This document shows positions 38,501 to 47,062 of a DNA stretch of 64,000 nucleotides, piece after piece. This stretch comes from Thermoplasmatales archaeon. Lineage in GTDB: Archaea; Thermoplasmatota; E2; UBA202; JdFR-43. Made by a program: the position numbers and the translations under genes. How positions within the stretch are numbered: the first letter of the stretch is position 1; each line of letters opens with the position of its first letter. The stretch lies in assembly GCA_014361195.1 (NCBI GenBank), contig JACIWA010000002.1:4310-68309 (forward strand), read 5' to 3'. Below the pieces are notes generated by a model. The model did not search any database. It was given only the letters and a program-made list of their open reading frames with translations, and had not been told where the DNA came from.

Positions 38501-41418
38501 GTTGCAAAGTTATATGGACTGAATTCAACATATTCAAACTCTCCAGCATTCAAATCAATTGTTTTATTCTCACCAAAGACAAGAGTATATGTAGGTGTTG
38601 GCTCGGTTATTATCTGATATATTGAGCAATTTACATTTATTCCTGTCTGGTGTGTATTTCCAAAGTTCTTTATTGTTGCATTAACCGCATGGCTTCCAGT
38701 ATTCACTGTTCCAGTTGGATAATTAATTGTTTCAACTCCAACATCAGCTAAGTCATTTACTTCCACTGTTATATTCTGATAGTTATTCTTTGGATACTCA
38801 TCTTCAAATTCAGTTAGTTTTACTGTTACATTTATTGCATATAGTCCTTCAACGCTTACACTCCATGGAGCAAATTCAACAAATGTCTGCTTTCCGGAAT
38901 CGAGACTTATTGTTTTTTCATCATAATGAACAAGCTGTGCATCATATGAATAAACAATTACATCATCAACATACATTCCTTCGGAATTATTAAAGGCGTC
39001 TGATACAAATGTGAATTTAATTCTAACCTGATTTGTTAAATTAACATATGCCTCTATTGGCACATGCCATACCTGCCAAAACGGGGTATAAAGCATGTTT
39101 GTTTTTACCTGAACCCATGTTGAACCATTATTATCGCTAAGATATATTGTTCCATAGTCCCTATATTCACGATAAAATTCTCCATCTACCCAATACCAGA
39201 ATTCAAGCATTGCATGATTTAATCCACTTAAATCAATTGGCTTTGAAATAATGCTATCATTTGCATTTGCCCTATATGATGCTTCATCTGTACATTTGAA
39301 TGAATGAGTTGGGCTATTATATCTTGCTGTTGATATTGTCCAGGTATGACCGTCACCATTTCCATCTATCACTGTCCAATTTGCGGAGCCACTTTCCATA
39401 TCATCATAGAAATGAACAACTTTTGTTAATTTATATATTGAAAGATTTACATCAAAATTATTCTGATTATTTAGTCCTGTATTTTCAATTGTTGCATTTA
39501 CAGTATATGTTCCTGTTGCAATAATTTCTCCATCTTTTGGTTCATTTATACTCTTTGCTCTTACATCATTATTATGCACAAATCCTTGCTTGATTTTAAT
39601 TTCTGGATCACCGAGTAGATTTAATTCATAATAGCACCATCTCATACAATTCTGCTGTAGGCGATATAAATTATCTTCTTTTGAGTCCTGATTCGCCTTT
39701 CCTATTTCTCTTATATTTTCCCCATATACCGCATCAAAGAATTCCCTGTCATAAGCCTGAGATGCACCATCTGTACTCCTTTTAGTAGCCCATCCATAGT
39801 TTGCATTCATTATAACCGCAAATGCCCCGTGTTCTGACGTAACAAGTTCTTCCCCAATACAATCATCTTGAGTAAATTCACCAGCAAAGCATCCTTGAGA
39901 ATATAAGATAAAATATCTTGTATTTCTAAGCTGGATAACATCCGGGATATAAAATCTCATTACATTATCATAGCTTGCATGTCCTAAGTGATTTACTATG
40001 TGTATTCCGGAATTTATTACATTCGCCAAGTCTCCTGCCGACCAAGTATATGTTGTACTATCATATAATGTGATTATATTATATTCATCCCCTGGAATAC
40101 CAACTGTATAATAGCCATTTGCATTTGAACCATTTCTCATCTCTTCTTTATAACTTGAACCATAATCTGCAATTCCTCCTCCTCCAATGTATTCAGCACA
40201 AAACAGGACATTATGCAAATATGAATCCTCCGATGTATCATATTCAAGTGTTTTCCTTACAAAGTTCGCAAGTTCTACTGCATTATCAACAGGTGCTCTT
40301 CCAACATATACTTCCGCCCTCAAATCTACTTCTTTCCCTCCTTCTCCATCATTTGGTTCGCCCCATTTATCATCTCCATCATAGTTATAGCTTCCATCAA
40401 GACATGCATAGTATAAATCGCACGGGATATAATCTGTAAGACCTCCTGCATACGTCTGAACCCATAACTTTCTCACTGGAATTACTTCTCTTCCATCATC
40501 CGCATCTCCTCCAAGCAAAACATACTGGGTATGCCATTCCTGATATGCCCATTTTATGAAATTCCTTATTTTTTCTGCATTATCTACTCCCGCAAAGTTT
40601 GAATATATCCATTCAACTGTTACAATTGTTGCATTCATTCCCTTTGCAATTTTTGAATTCATTAAAGTGGTGAAATTGTATGTTCCAGGTGTATTTTTCA
40701 ATGCTTCTGTTGTTATAATAACATATTCACAGCTATGGCTCGGATTTAATGGATAAGTTAAAACTTCTCTTGGATTATCAACCGTTTTTGTAACAATTTC
40801 TCTATCTTCTTCAATTCCTCTGAATAGCTCATTTACCTGCCCATCTTTCAATTCAACAACAAGCTCCATAATTGGATATAGATATAGTTCTTGAGTTGAT
40901 GGATTCCATTGAACTGGATAAAGATTTATTGTAACTATTGGAAAACCACGCATATATTGAGTTGTTACTTCCTTGTATAGATAGCCAGGATATACCTCAC
41001 TTGATTTATATATTTTTTCATTTTCTTCTATTTCTGGAATTTCATCGCTTCCTATTTTAACTGGCGGTAGCTTTGGAGCCAATTTTGCTTTTCCAATTAA
41101 AACTGGCTCTCCCGCGTTAACTTTTATTTCCTTTACTTCTGTTCCATAAGGAAGTAATACATTCACTGGCTTAACAGGTATTTCTGGCTCACCCGCATTT
41201 CCTGTTTTTGGCAAATCCATGGCAACGCTTGCATAGTTTTCTCCTGCAAGAAATACATTTTCAAGCCTTGGCTTTATGAAATCAAATTTCATTCTTATTG
41301 GCTGTTTTATTACTTCATCTTTTGTTATTGTTTCAAAAGAGTACGCAACCGGGTTTATGGAAGTCATTAATAAAAACAACACCACACACGCGCTTATTCC
41401 TATCCTTTTTCCTTTCAT
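32593..41418 (-). CDS. giant (2941 aa) secreted multidomain protein: N-terminal peptidase C25 (gingipain-like) domain, about 12 CARDB-like repeats interleaved with MAM/jelly-roll-like domains, and C-terminal tandem Ig-like domains
   Basis: Signal peptide MKGKRIGISACVVLFLLMTSINPVAYS. C25 core YVLLGGD...CDLYYACLDG...AEVYVGRAP...VNHLGHASYDN (His)...ILYSQGCFAGEF (Cys). Recurring INYPTGT..GSHAVNATIKNFGN..VNCSIYQ units (CARDB-like). Recurring PPxGWxNxGW...WYKFxxDLSxYxGSTxxIxF units (MAM-like). GGAGG Shine-Dalgarno sequence 9 nt upstream of the ATG. Confidence 0.8.
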   Translation of the reverse strand: MKGKRIGISACVVLFLLMTSINPVAYSFETITKDEVIKQPIRMKFDFIKPRLENVFLAGENYASVAMDLPKTGNAGEPEIPVKPVNVLLPYGTEVKEIKVNAGEPVLIGKAKLAPKLPPVKIGSDEIPEIEENEKIYKSSEVYPGYLYKEVTTQYMRGFPIVTINLYPVQWNPSTQELYLYPIMELVVELKDGQVNELFRGIEEDREIVTKTVDNPREVLTYPLNPSHSCEYVIITTEALKNTPGTYNFTTLMNSKIAKGMNATIVTVEWIYSNFAGVDNAEKIRNFIKWAYQEWHTQYVLLGGDADDGREVIPVRKLWVQTYAGGLTDYIPCDLYYACLDGSYNYDGDDKWGEPNDGEGGKEVDLRAEVYVGRAPVDNAVELANFVRKTLEYDTSEDSYLHNVLFCAEYIGGGGIADYGSSYKEEMRNGSNANGYYTVGIPGDEYNIITLYDSTTYTWSAGDLANVINSGIHIVNHLGHASYDNVMRFYIPDVIQLRNTRYFILYSQGCFAGEFTQDDCIGEELVTSEHGAFAVIMNANYGWATKRSTDGASQAYDREFFDAVYGENIREIGKANQDSKEDNLYRLQQNCMRWCYYELNLLGDPEIKIKQGFVHNNDVRAKSINEPKDGEIIATGTYTVNATIENTGLNNQNNFDVNLSIYKLTKVVHFYDDMESGSANWTVIDGNGDGHTWTISTARYNSPTHSFKCTDEASYRANANDSIISKPIDLSGLNHAMLEFWYWVDGEFYREYRDYGTIYLSDNNGSTWVQVKTNMLYTPFWQVWHVPIEAYVNLTNQVRIKFTFVSDAFNNSEGMYVDDVIVYSYDAQLVHYDEKTISLDSGKQTFVEFAPWSVSVEGLYAINVTVKLTEFEDEYPKNNYQNITVEVNDLADVGVETINYPTGTVNTGSHAVNATIKNFGNTHQTGINVNCSIYQIITEPTPTYTLVFGENKTIDLNAGEFEYVEFSPYNFATEGNYAINVSTSIAGDEDTTNDYKNITLEINDIYDAGVKSINYPTGIITTTKTHKVNATVKNYGTVPLSNVPVNCSIYQIINVINEGFEGAFPPAGWTNSGWNLRQNYEHGGGNNSIYSSASAGNKYLRTSGISLLNKKYILEFWMLRTATPNANQYVNISINQGGGWIKLLSIGYSTLNGMTRGKWYKFSIDLSPYAGSTVSIEFNHYATGSGATIHIDDVLLYYPELMFWEDRTINLNSGEEKPIEFSSVTFSESYYILNVTTNWTSPPDENAANNYKETTFEVRDIYDMGITKISYPVSVLPAGSYVVNVSVKNFGNVDQSSIPVNCSIYKINTVIINESFEGTWPPSGWANQGWSRSSAANHTGNYSASSSSSVINYYNLTTPAISLGSGNFLLDFWARKDGNNLGNGQYLHVDVGYTSTGPWVTLLDINYDILQGMLNNVWYKFTVDLSQYNGSTIYIRFQSRTAGVPSASAVRIDDIVIYSTNFVSGEDKTVNLNADEEKYIEFSSYNFAEEGDYLIVVKTNLLTDEIKGNDTSSIITKIWNIDDLGATSINYPTGTISVPSPPEIRAIATIKNFGNIPQSDFRVNCSIYKLISGTQLFFENFESGLPSGWTIVDGGTDDVYPGTSIPATWTDKDPGNKGAKDGCDGKFMIVDSDAFGSGTKYMDEQLITPELNFASQTGVILEFDHYYYHSSGSWGRVDIRVGSTANPWITIANFTSTTYGHMTYDISAYAAGQSRVWIRWYYNDSGTWAWYWEVDNIRLVGTPTYSYVFGDDEICALLNAGEETLIEFGSWSITTGAGNYLINVTTLLIGDEFQSNDYTTTIVFLQGVYDAEVKSINSPIQGIYLPGTSFKVNATVKNVGAANLTDVKVNCTIRNSTNAIVFGEEVIISSLMGNEERYVEFSDWSTLVEDVYRINVTVLVTGDENPDNDYKEILVDINNLYDVGVVSINYPTGTQFTGSYAVNATVMNFGNVPVGAFTVNCTIRNSTDAIVFTNEKSVSGLNVGQQTYVVFDPWTVSIEDTYKINVTTKLTNDEDNSNDYKEITVIINDIDDVGVTSINYPPAVAPTGSHAVNATVKNFGNVNKANVPVNCSIYQFNTLLFSEGFEESFPPVGWLNGGADGGWLRGQIYQHSGIWAAYSYAATGGDRYLVTPVISLGEGNYALVFWLLRLSRTALPGEYLHVDVGATQNGPWTTIFELDNSSISAMSSYTWYQFVADLTPYANQNIAIRFYHHSLSTSGATLYMDDISINTLNLVFGEEKIVSLINSYNTTYVQFSPCNFSTEGDYILVVKTLMSGDENILNNVKSSIVKICNFYDVGVSAINYPTPGIYQPGDYAVRATVKNYGTLSATFDVVCTIYGLGKVVVMQDDIESGENNWTHGITSGVDLWHISTRRYASQNHSWYCGNETTGQYENNMVDFLISPKLDLSDTTQALLKWKQWCNLESNRDYAYVCASPDNYTFYVIKRYTGSSGGWKEEEVDITSYINATTHKINIAFIFTSDSSGTLEGWYIDDVEITKIGMGSVIYSETLSVNNLVFMAEKEITFPPFTAEENSVYIINVTTLLAGDENPANDAKEATMSTYNEPPVTTCSCFGPLGCNNWYVGPVTISLSATDVPGVAYTRYRINGGAWQNYTSPVTVSTEGLYTVEYYSVDTLGSTEQVKSCTFGIAYSMPVTTCIIDGLLGENGWYTSDVTIKLVANAYICGVKETYYRIDGGSWQKYTAPITFSAEGTHTIEYYSVSNACITETPAKITTFKIDKTKPSVRVIYPNGGETLGGIITIRWTASDNIGIAGIDLLYSGDAGLTWNVIASNIPNTGSYNWNVAGLPYGSNYMVKVVAKDNAGNVASDTSDGTFTIGMPSPPTVSITKPRNALYIFDREIIPLPMPVIIGGITVEATASSSIGIAKVEFYIDGVLKFTDTSEPYSWLWDEFIIGTHEIKVIASDSIGQTAEERISVFIINF

Positions 41419-41470
41419 TTTTATTCGCCTCCTATTTATGAGGAGAAAGACATTTCCTAAATATAAATGA
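41419..41470 (-). promoter_or_regulatory. upstream region of the giant gene: GGAGG ribosome-binding site and an AT-rich TATA-like element
   Basis: The minus strand reads ...ctcatttatatttaggaaatgtctttctcctcataaataggaggcgaataaaaATG. Confidence 0.3.
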
Positions 41471-41552
41471 GATATATTAATTTTGTTTGATAAGGATTAA
41501 CAAATATCACGGATAAAATATTTCGTTTTCTAAATCATTTTTTCACAAAAAG

Positions 41553-42326
41553 TTACAATCTAAGCTTCTTTGATTTCCATTTTTTATAATAATTATATGC
41601 ATCCCATATGCTTGGAATTCCTATTATAATAAAAAGAGATATGCCAAGACATATCCATTCATCTCTTGGAGCAACCGCCTTTCCTATCCACACCGCATCC
41701 TCTCCATGATATCCATTTTCATTTCCAAAAAATACAAGTTTTATTAAACCAAACCAGGGTATTTCACCTCTAGCCTTTCCTAAAATCCATTCTGGCTTTA
41801 CTGGCGAGCTTAATTCAGTTGCCTGGTCGCTTAAATTTCCATTATTGTCTCCTTTTGTGATATATCCGCTATTAGGTGGCTTATAATTTCTTAACTCAAG
41901 CTCTGGAATTGTTATGCTTTCCTGATTGTATATTCCATATTCCTTTACAGTATATGTTCCATCACTATTTTTTTCAATCCAGCAGATAGCACGATGAATT
42001 ATAGGTGTTGCTTTTTTATTTCCATTTGGATAATATATTATAACATCTCCATAGTCACGATATGTAATATATCCTTTTTCCCTTCCTTCCTCTCTTGTAA
42101 TTATATCCTTTGCCTTTTTAACCAAAACTAAATCTCCTGGATCAATTGTTCCTATTTTTCCAAAAGGAGCATCGCTATGCATCATTGAACTTGATGTGAC
42201 AACCACCATTGGAGAATGAGGAAATTGTCCTGTATAACTCCATAAAATTACCAATATTATACATATAAATGAGACCGCTACAACTATCTCTCTTATAAAT
42301 GAAATTATTTTTTCTCTTTCTATCAT
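41553..42326 (-). CDS. archaeal-type signal peptidase I (S26B / Sec11-like)
   Basis: N-terminal TM helix, then [10 protein letters not shown] (Ser nucleophile box), [15 protein letters not shown] and IIHRAI (His box). Confidence 0.7.
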   Translation of the reverse strand: MIEREKIISFIREIVVAVSFICIILVILWSYTGQFPHSPMVVVTSSSMMHSDAPFGKIGTIDPGDLVLVKKAKDIITREEGREKGYITYRDYGDVIIYYPNGNKKATPIIHRAICWIEKNSDGTYTVKEYGIYNQESITIPELELRNYKPPNSGYITKGDNNGNLSDQATELSSPVKPEWILGKARGEIPWFGLIKLVFFGNENGYHGEDAVWIGKAVAPRDEWICLGISLFIIIGIPSIWDAYNYYKKWKSKKLRL

Positions 42327-42763
42327 AACTTCCTCACCTTTATTTTGCTTTCCTCAAGTATTTTTTCTGCAAGCTCATCAGGATAATCATTCATATATAT
42401 TAACTCTTTTATTCCCGCATTTACAAGCATTTTTGCGCAAACACTGCAAGGAAAATCAGTAACATAAATAGATGCATCTTTTATTGCAACTCCAAAAACT
42501 GCTGCCTGAATTATTGCGTTTTGCTCCGCATGCAAGCCCCTGCATAGCTCATGCCTCTCCCCCCTTTTTATCCCGAGTTTCTCTCTCAAGCAACCAACCT
42601 CGCTACAGTGCTTAAAACCTTTTGGAGCGCCATTGTAACCAGTTGATAAAATATGTTTATCCTTTACTATCACCGCACCAACATTTCTCCTCAAACAAGT
42701 TGACCTTTTTGCCACAATTTTTGCAATCTCCATGAAATATTCGTCATAGGACATTCTTTCCAT
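42323..42763 (-). CDS. dCMP / cytidine deaminase-family zinc enzyme
   Basis: HAEQNAI (HxE) and PCSVCAKML (PCxxC) zinc-ligand motifs. Confidence 0.8.
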   Translation of the reverse strand: MERMSYDEYFMEIAKIVAKRSTCLRRNVGAVIVKDKHILSTGYNGAPKGFKHCSEVGCLREKLGIKRGERHELCRGLHAEQNAIIQAAVFGVAIKDASIYVTDFPCSVCAKMLVNAGIKELIYMNDYPDELAEKILEESKIKVRKL

Positions 42764-42943
42764 GAGGAAATATAATGATACATTTTTAAACTTGCCCAAA
42801 AAATTTAAATACTAAAACTGGATATAGTTAGCAAAATGATAGCAAAAAGATGCCCTGAGTGTGGATCGGAGATGAAAGGTCATTCTTTTAATGGTAGATT
42901 ATACTATCTCTGCCAGAAATGCGGGAAGGAATTAATAATTCCT

Positions 42944-43801
42944 CTACTTTACCTGTAGCTCGATATTATAAATCTTTTCTGGATTCTCCTTATTTATAAT
43001 CATAGCATCTTCATAACTCATCTTTCCCTCTCTCAAAAGCTTCTTTATTTTCAGGGGTATTGTTTTAAGGGAAAGCACCGCCCCGGGGCGCCTTAAATCA
43101 TCGAGATAATCTGTCTCAAGCATAAAGCGGTGCCCTTTGTTTATTGCTTCCTCGATATTTTTTTCACTTGCGATTACTGAAGGAAAAACTCCAAAATTTT
43201 CCTCCTCTTTTATTATTGGCGGAGAAAAATGCTTTATTACCTTATCTTTTTTTATTCCTATCTTTTTTGCAATTTCTGATATCTCTTTCATATTTGATTG
43301 ATTTGCTCCCTCCATATGAAGTATTACTGGTACATCTATATCTTTTGCAATCTCTATACCATATTTCATAATTTCATTGCTTTCAATTAGCACTTCATCA
43401 CTCACTTTAAAATGGGGTCTTCCAATTTCCCCAATTGCAATCGCCTTCCCTTCTTTGCAAAGCTTTCCAGCTTCTTCCATACCTTTTTTCATCAATTCCA
43501 TTGCCCTCTCTTTTCCAAGGATTTCCCTCATTTTTATATAATCAACAGGGTATGGACCAACTGAAAGAAATATTTTAACATCAACTTTTTCCATTGCAAA
43601 TTGTGCAATTTTTAAGCCTCTTTCATAGCATTTCAAATAACTTTTTTCCGCAATTATTTCTTTTACATCGGTATATGGACAATAGTTGAGATATTTTCCT
43701 CCATGTTTTCTGAATTCTTTTATTTCCTCTATATATTTTCCATCTTCTCTGAGATGCATGTGATTATCAAAGAATGATAAATCAGTAATCATATATCTCA
43801 C
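42944..43801 (-). CDS. TatD-family metal-dependent hydrolase
   Basis: N-terminal FDNHMHL (DxHxH) motif and TIM-barrel hydrolase layout. Confidence 0.55.
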   Translation of the reverse strand: MRYMITDLSFFDNHMHLREDGKYIEEIKEFRKHGGKYLNYCPYTDVKEIIAEKSYLKCYERGLKIAQFAMEKVDVKIFLSVGPYPVDYIKMREILGKERAMELMKKGMEEAGKLCKEGKAIAIGEIGRPHFKVSDEVLIESNEIMKYGIEIAKDIDVPVILHMEGANQSNMKEISEIAKKIGIKKDKVIKHFSPPIIKEEENFGVFPSVIASEKNIEEAINKGHRFMLETDYLDDLRRPGAVLSLKTIPLKIKKLLREGKMSYEDAMIINKENPEKIYNIELQVK

Positions 43802-45041
43802 CTTTCATTATTTCTCTCAGCAAAGAAGTTGCATAGCATCCTTTTGGAAGGAAAAAGTCAATAAATAAATTATTTTCCTCTAGCCTCCATTTCAAATTTT
43901 TTATTGGAACAAATATTATCCTTCTCATTCCTTCGCAGGAAAGGAATGGCAAACTCTTTACTTTGAAATCCTCCTGATTTATTCCCTCTTTCTCTATTAT
44001 CATTCTTTCTATCTCCCCCATTCTTCCTTCCGCGAAAAAGCTATTGTAACCAAATATAATTGCTGAAGGGTAGCACTTTCCCTTTTCAATCTGAGAATTT
44101 ATTTTTTCTATATTATCTTTTGTAACAACTATCCCATCCTTGCTCTGTATTTCTCCCGTAAAAGGAATAACTACATCTCCTTCAATTGCTTTGTTTATTG
44201 GTGTTCCTTCTTTTATTCTTTCAGATAAAATTTTATTGAAAAGGTATGACTGGTAGGCATGTACAAATATTTTTATTAAATTCTTAGGCAATTTTGAAAT
44301 TGCTCCAATCCAATCATCTTTATTTTTAGCTAAATGCATTATTATCCTCCTTTCAAAAATTAATTTTTTAGGATATATCTCCAAACTTTTTTCAAAATCC
44401 TCAGTCTCTTGCAAAAATTTCCTTGCCCTATAACTTTCTTCATCCTCTCCCTCCATAGGATAGCTGATATATGTCATAACCGCCTTCTTCAATTCATTCT
44501 TTATTATATATTTCCCAACAAGATGCGTTATGGGGCGGGTGACGCCAAATCGCTGAACCCCAAAAAAGTTCGGAAATCCTCCAATTTGCAATATTTCATT
44601 CATTACATTTTCAACATTTTCGTATCTCCCATTTATATCTCTTACAATAATATGAAAATAATTACCTAATAAATTTCCTCTATAAACTTTTTCCCTTGAT
44701 TTATATAGTATGTCTATATTTACATCCCTCAATTTTATTTTCTTAAGGTTGTCAATGCTGGTTGGGAAGGACATGATTTGGGAGGTTATTGCTCTCTTAT
44801 CCTTTATTCCAGCATATCCTACAGAGTTAGAAGATATTTTAAGTGAAGAGGCAAGAGCTTCTATAAGGCGATTTGTCTCCCAGTTGTATGATTTTACTCT
44901 TGCTATAACAAATTTTCCATCTCCAGGCTTAGGATAGACAGGCAATTCTTCTACAACAAAATCCTCTGGATATTTCTTTATTTTTCCACCTATCTTGGGT
45001 GATTTTGTCAAAAATACTTCTATCCCTATACTTTCTTCCAT
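43782..45041 (-). CDS. truD: tRNA pseudouridine synthase TruD/Pus7 family
   Basis: VGYAGIKDKRAITSQ matches the TruD GxKD catalytic-Asp motif. Length ~420 aa. Confidence 0.8.
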   Translation of the reverse strand: MEESIGIEVFLTKSPKIGGKIKKYPEDFVVEELPVYPKPGDGKFVIARVKSYNWETNRLIEALASSLKISSNSVGYAGIKDKRAITSQIMSFPTSIDNLKKIKLRDVNIDILYKSREKVYRGNLLGNYFHIIVRDINGRYENVENVMNEILQIGGFPNFFGVQRFGVTRPITHLVGKYIIKNELKKAVMTYISYPMEGEDEESYRARKFLQETEDFEKSLEIYPKKLIFERRIIMHLAKNKDDWIGAISKLPKNLIKIFVHAYQSYLFNKILSERIKEGTPINKAIEGDVVIPFTGEIQSKDGIVVTKDNIEKINSQIEKGKCYPSAIIFGYNSFFAEGRMGEIERMIIEKEGINQEDFKVKSLPFLSCEGMRRIIFVPIKNLKWRLEENNLFIDFFLPKGCYATSLLREIMKGEIYDY

Positions 45042-45302
45042 TTACTCCAAACAGCCCTGCAGTTCTTCAATTTCTTTTTTAATTTCTTTTATTGCTTTCT
45101 TCAAAATTTTCTTCGCATCTCCTTTACTAACTCTAAGGTAAAACTCTGGATTTGATATTAAAGGATGCTCAACTCTCCAATCAGCATATTCCACCTCTTC
45201 ATACTGCAATAGTTTTTGCTTCAAAGGATTTAAAATCGTTTTTTCTCCTATTATTTCAAATTCTATTTCTCTTTCACTTTCTTTTTTTATTTTTATTTCC
45301 AT
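45042..45302 (-). CDS. rpoL: DNA-directed RNA polymerase subunit L (Rpb11-like)
   Basis: MEIKIKKESEREIEFEIIGEKTILNPLKQKLLQYEEVEYADWRVEHPLISNP matches the RpoL pattern. Confidence 0.7.
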   Translation of the reverse strand: MEIKIKKESEREIEFEIIGEKTILNPLKQKLLQYEEVEYADWRVEHPLISNPEFYLRVSKGDAKKILKKAIKEIKKEIEELQGCLE

Positions 45303-45881
45303 TTATATCACCCTATCAATATTTCCTGAGCCATAATCATCTGCAATTTTCCTTATCTCTATCCTACCGCATACTTTGCACTCAAGAATATTATTTTTTC
45401 TTATAAGTATATTTCTACAATTTGTACAAAACGCTTTTATAACTCCTAAATGGCTATCCTTTGTAGAAAAATTGATTACAGGATCCACTCTTGTAATTCT
45501 TGCTCTTATAATATCTCCTACTCTAAATTTACTTTTAATATCATCAACAAATTCTGTATCAATATTTGATATAAAAATTGCCCCCTCCTTTTCGCCAGCA
45601 ATCTCTCTTTTTTTACCTGCCAAATGGAGTATTTTTGCAATTACAATATTTTCTCCAATCTGCTTTATTTCGCATATAACAATGTCTCCTTCTTTCAATA
45701 CTAATGGTAAATCTGTTAATGGCTTTACAGTTGCTTTCATTTTTTCTCTCTCAATGATAAATTTACCAACTATACTTGCTTTTATTACTCCACCTTCCTC
45801 ATAAGTTCCATTACCCACGAGCAACTCTTCAGTTGTTGCAATTTTCTCTCCAGGTATAACAATGCTACCTTCCGCAATCAT
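45303..45881 (-). CDS. csl4: exosome RNA-binding subunit Csl4 (S1 domain + C-terminal zinc ribbon)
   Basis: N-terminal VIPGEKIATTEEL..GNGTY. C-terminal CTNCRNILIRKNNILECKVCGRIE zinc ribbon. Confidence 0.75.
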   Translation of the reverse strand: MIAEGSIVIPGEKIATTEELLVGNGTYEEGGVIKASIVGKFIIEREKMKATVKPLTDLPLVLKEGDIVICEIKQIGENIVIAKILHLAGKKREIAGEKEGAIFISNIDTEFVDDIKSKFRVGDIIRARITRVDPVINFSTKDSHLGVIKAFCTNCRNILIRKNNILECKVCGRIEIRKIADDYGSGNIDRVI

Positions 45882-45919
45882 TCTTGAAAATATCTTTTCT
45901 GATATTTAAAATCTTTTGG

Positions 45920-47062
45920 TTACAATTCTTTTGCAATGTATATGTTATGTTTATTTTTTACAATTCTTGCATCTACAAATTCTCCGATCTTTTTATTTGT
46001 ATAAATACTTACTACCCTATCTCTAGCAAAAGAAAGCATTTCATTCTTCATTCTTCCTTCCATTTCTAATTTAAATTTAAATTTCTCGCCAACTTTAAAT
46101 TTTTTTGGCAACACCCTACATTTAACTATGCCAAAATCAACTGGATAGAGATGCAAGCTTTTATCAATTTTTTCAATTTCTTCATAAAATCTTTTAAAAT
46201 CTATAACTTTTATCCCCTTTGGTTTTCTACCGAATTTATGTCTGATATACTTTTGTATCCCAAAGGGCTTCCATCTCTTACCCGCTCCTATTCTTTTTCC
46301 AAATTCTATTATTTTCAATACTTCCTCATCATTATAATTTATTAACCAAACTGGTGCAAGAAGCAAATCTATACTACTTGATGCTATCTCTTCCGCCACC
46401 TTCATTACATGCTCAACATTGTATTTGCACCCCGCTATTTTTTCCGCCAGATTTTTATCCAACGCATTTATTGAAAGATTTATTCTATCTAAATGTCCTT
46501 CAAGCCTCCTTATTTTTTCTTTATTAAGCAAAACCCCATTTGTTTGTATTGATACAATATCTGCAATCTCCTTCAATCCTTTAATTAATTCCTCAATATA
46601 TGGATATAAAAATGGCTCGCCTTGCCCATCTATGTGTGCCTCTATAGAATTGCATTTCTTCCTTTTCATTTTTACAATTTCCTCAAATTCCCTGAGAAGA
46701 TAATCAACATCTACCATATAATCAACAAATCTTGTTCTGCTTTTTCCTTCATCAACTGAGCAATATATGCAATTTAAATTACAACCAGATACTGGCCTCA
46801 CTTGAATAATATTTGTATCCCTATCTATAAGTCCAAAAGAAGTATATCCAATTAATGGTATCCCACTTTCTTCAGATATAAAATATAATTTCCTCTTGGT
46901 AACAGCATTATAAACCTCTTTGAAGGGACATAGCCTAATAATATCCTCATCTTTGTATTTTCTGCTATCTCTTTCATAAACTTTCCTGTCTATTCTTACC
47001 TCTATTATATCATAAACAAGAAAAATTACCTCTTCCTTATTTAACACTTTTCTGTATTTCAT
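45920..47062 (-). CDS. radical SAM enzyme with C-terminal TRAM-like beta-barrel, function unknown
   Basis: CNLNCIYCSVDEG (CxxxCxxC) and IDGQGEPFLYP. C-terminal GEKFKFKLEMEG...EFVDARIV is TRAM-like. Confidence 0.7.
   Translation of the reverse strand: MKYRKVLNKEEVIFLVYDIIEVRIDRKVYERDSRKYKDEDIIRLCPFKEVYNAVTKRKLYFISEESGIPLIGYTSFGLIDRDTNIIQVRPVSGCNLNCIYCSVDEGKSRTRFVDYMVDVDYLLREFEEIVKMKRKKCNSIEAHIDGQGEPFLYPYIEELIKGLKEIADIVSIQTNGVLLNKEKIRRLEGHLDRINLSINALDKNLAEKIAGCKYNVEHVMKVAEEIASSSIDLLLAPVWLINYNDEEVLKIIEFGKRIGAGKRWKPFGIQKYIRHKFGRKPKGIKVIDFKRFYEEIEKIDKSLHLYPVDFGIVKCRVLPKKFKVGEKFKFKLEMEGRMKNEMLSFARDRVVSIYTNKKIGEFVDARIVKNKHNIYIAKEL

Noticed and set aside
32774-40756. Numerous 60-120 aa plus-strand ORFs inside the giant minus-strand gene. 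The same applies to 2383-2607, 3231-3814, 7563-7763, 11560-11949, 12217-13158, 53616-54997 and 57588-59657
   Set aside because: They lie antisense to, or frame-shifted within, long well-supported genes. They are low-complexity and typical AT-rich-genome artefacts.
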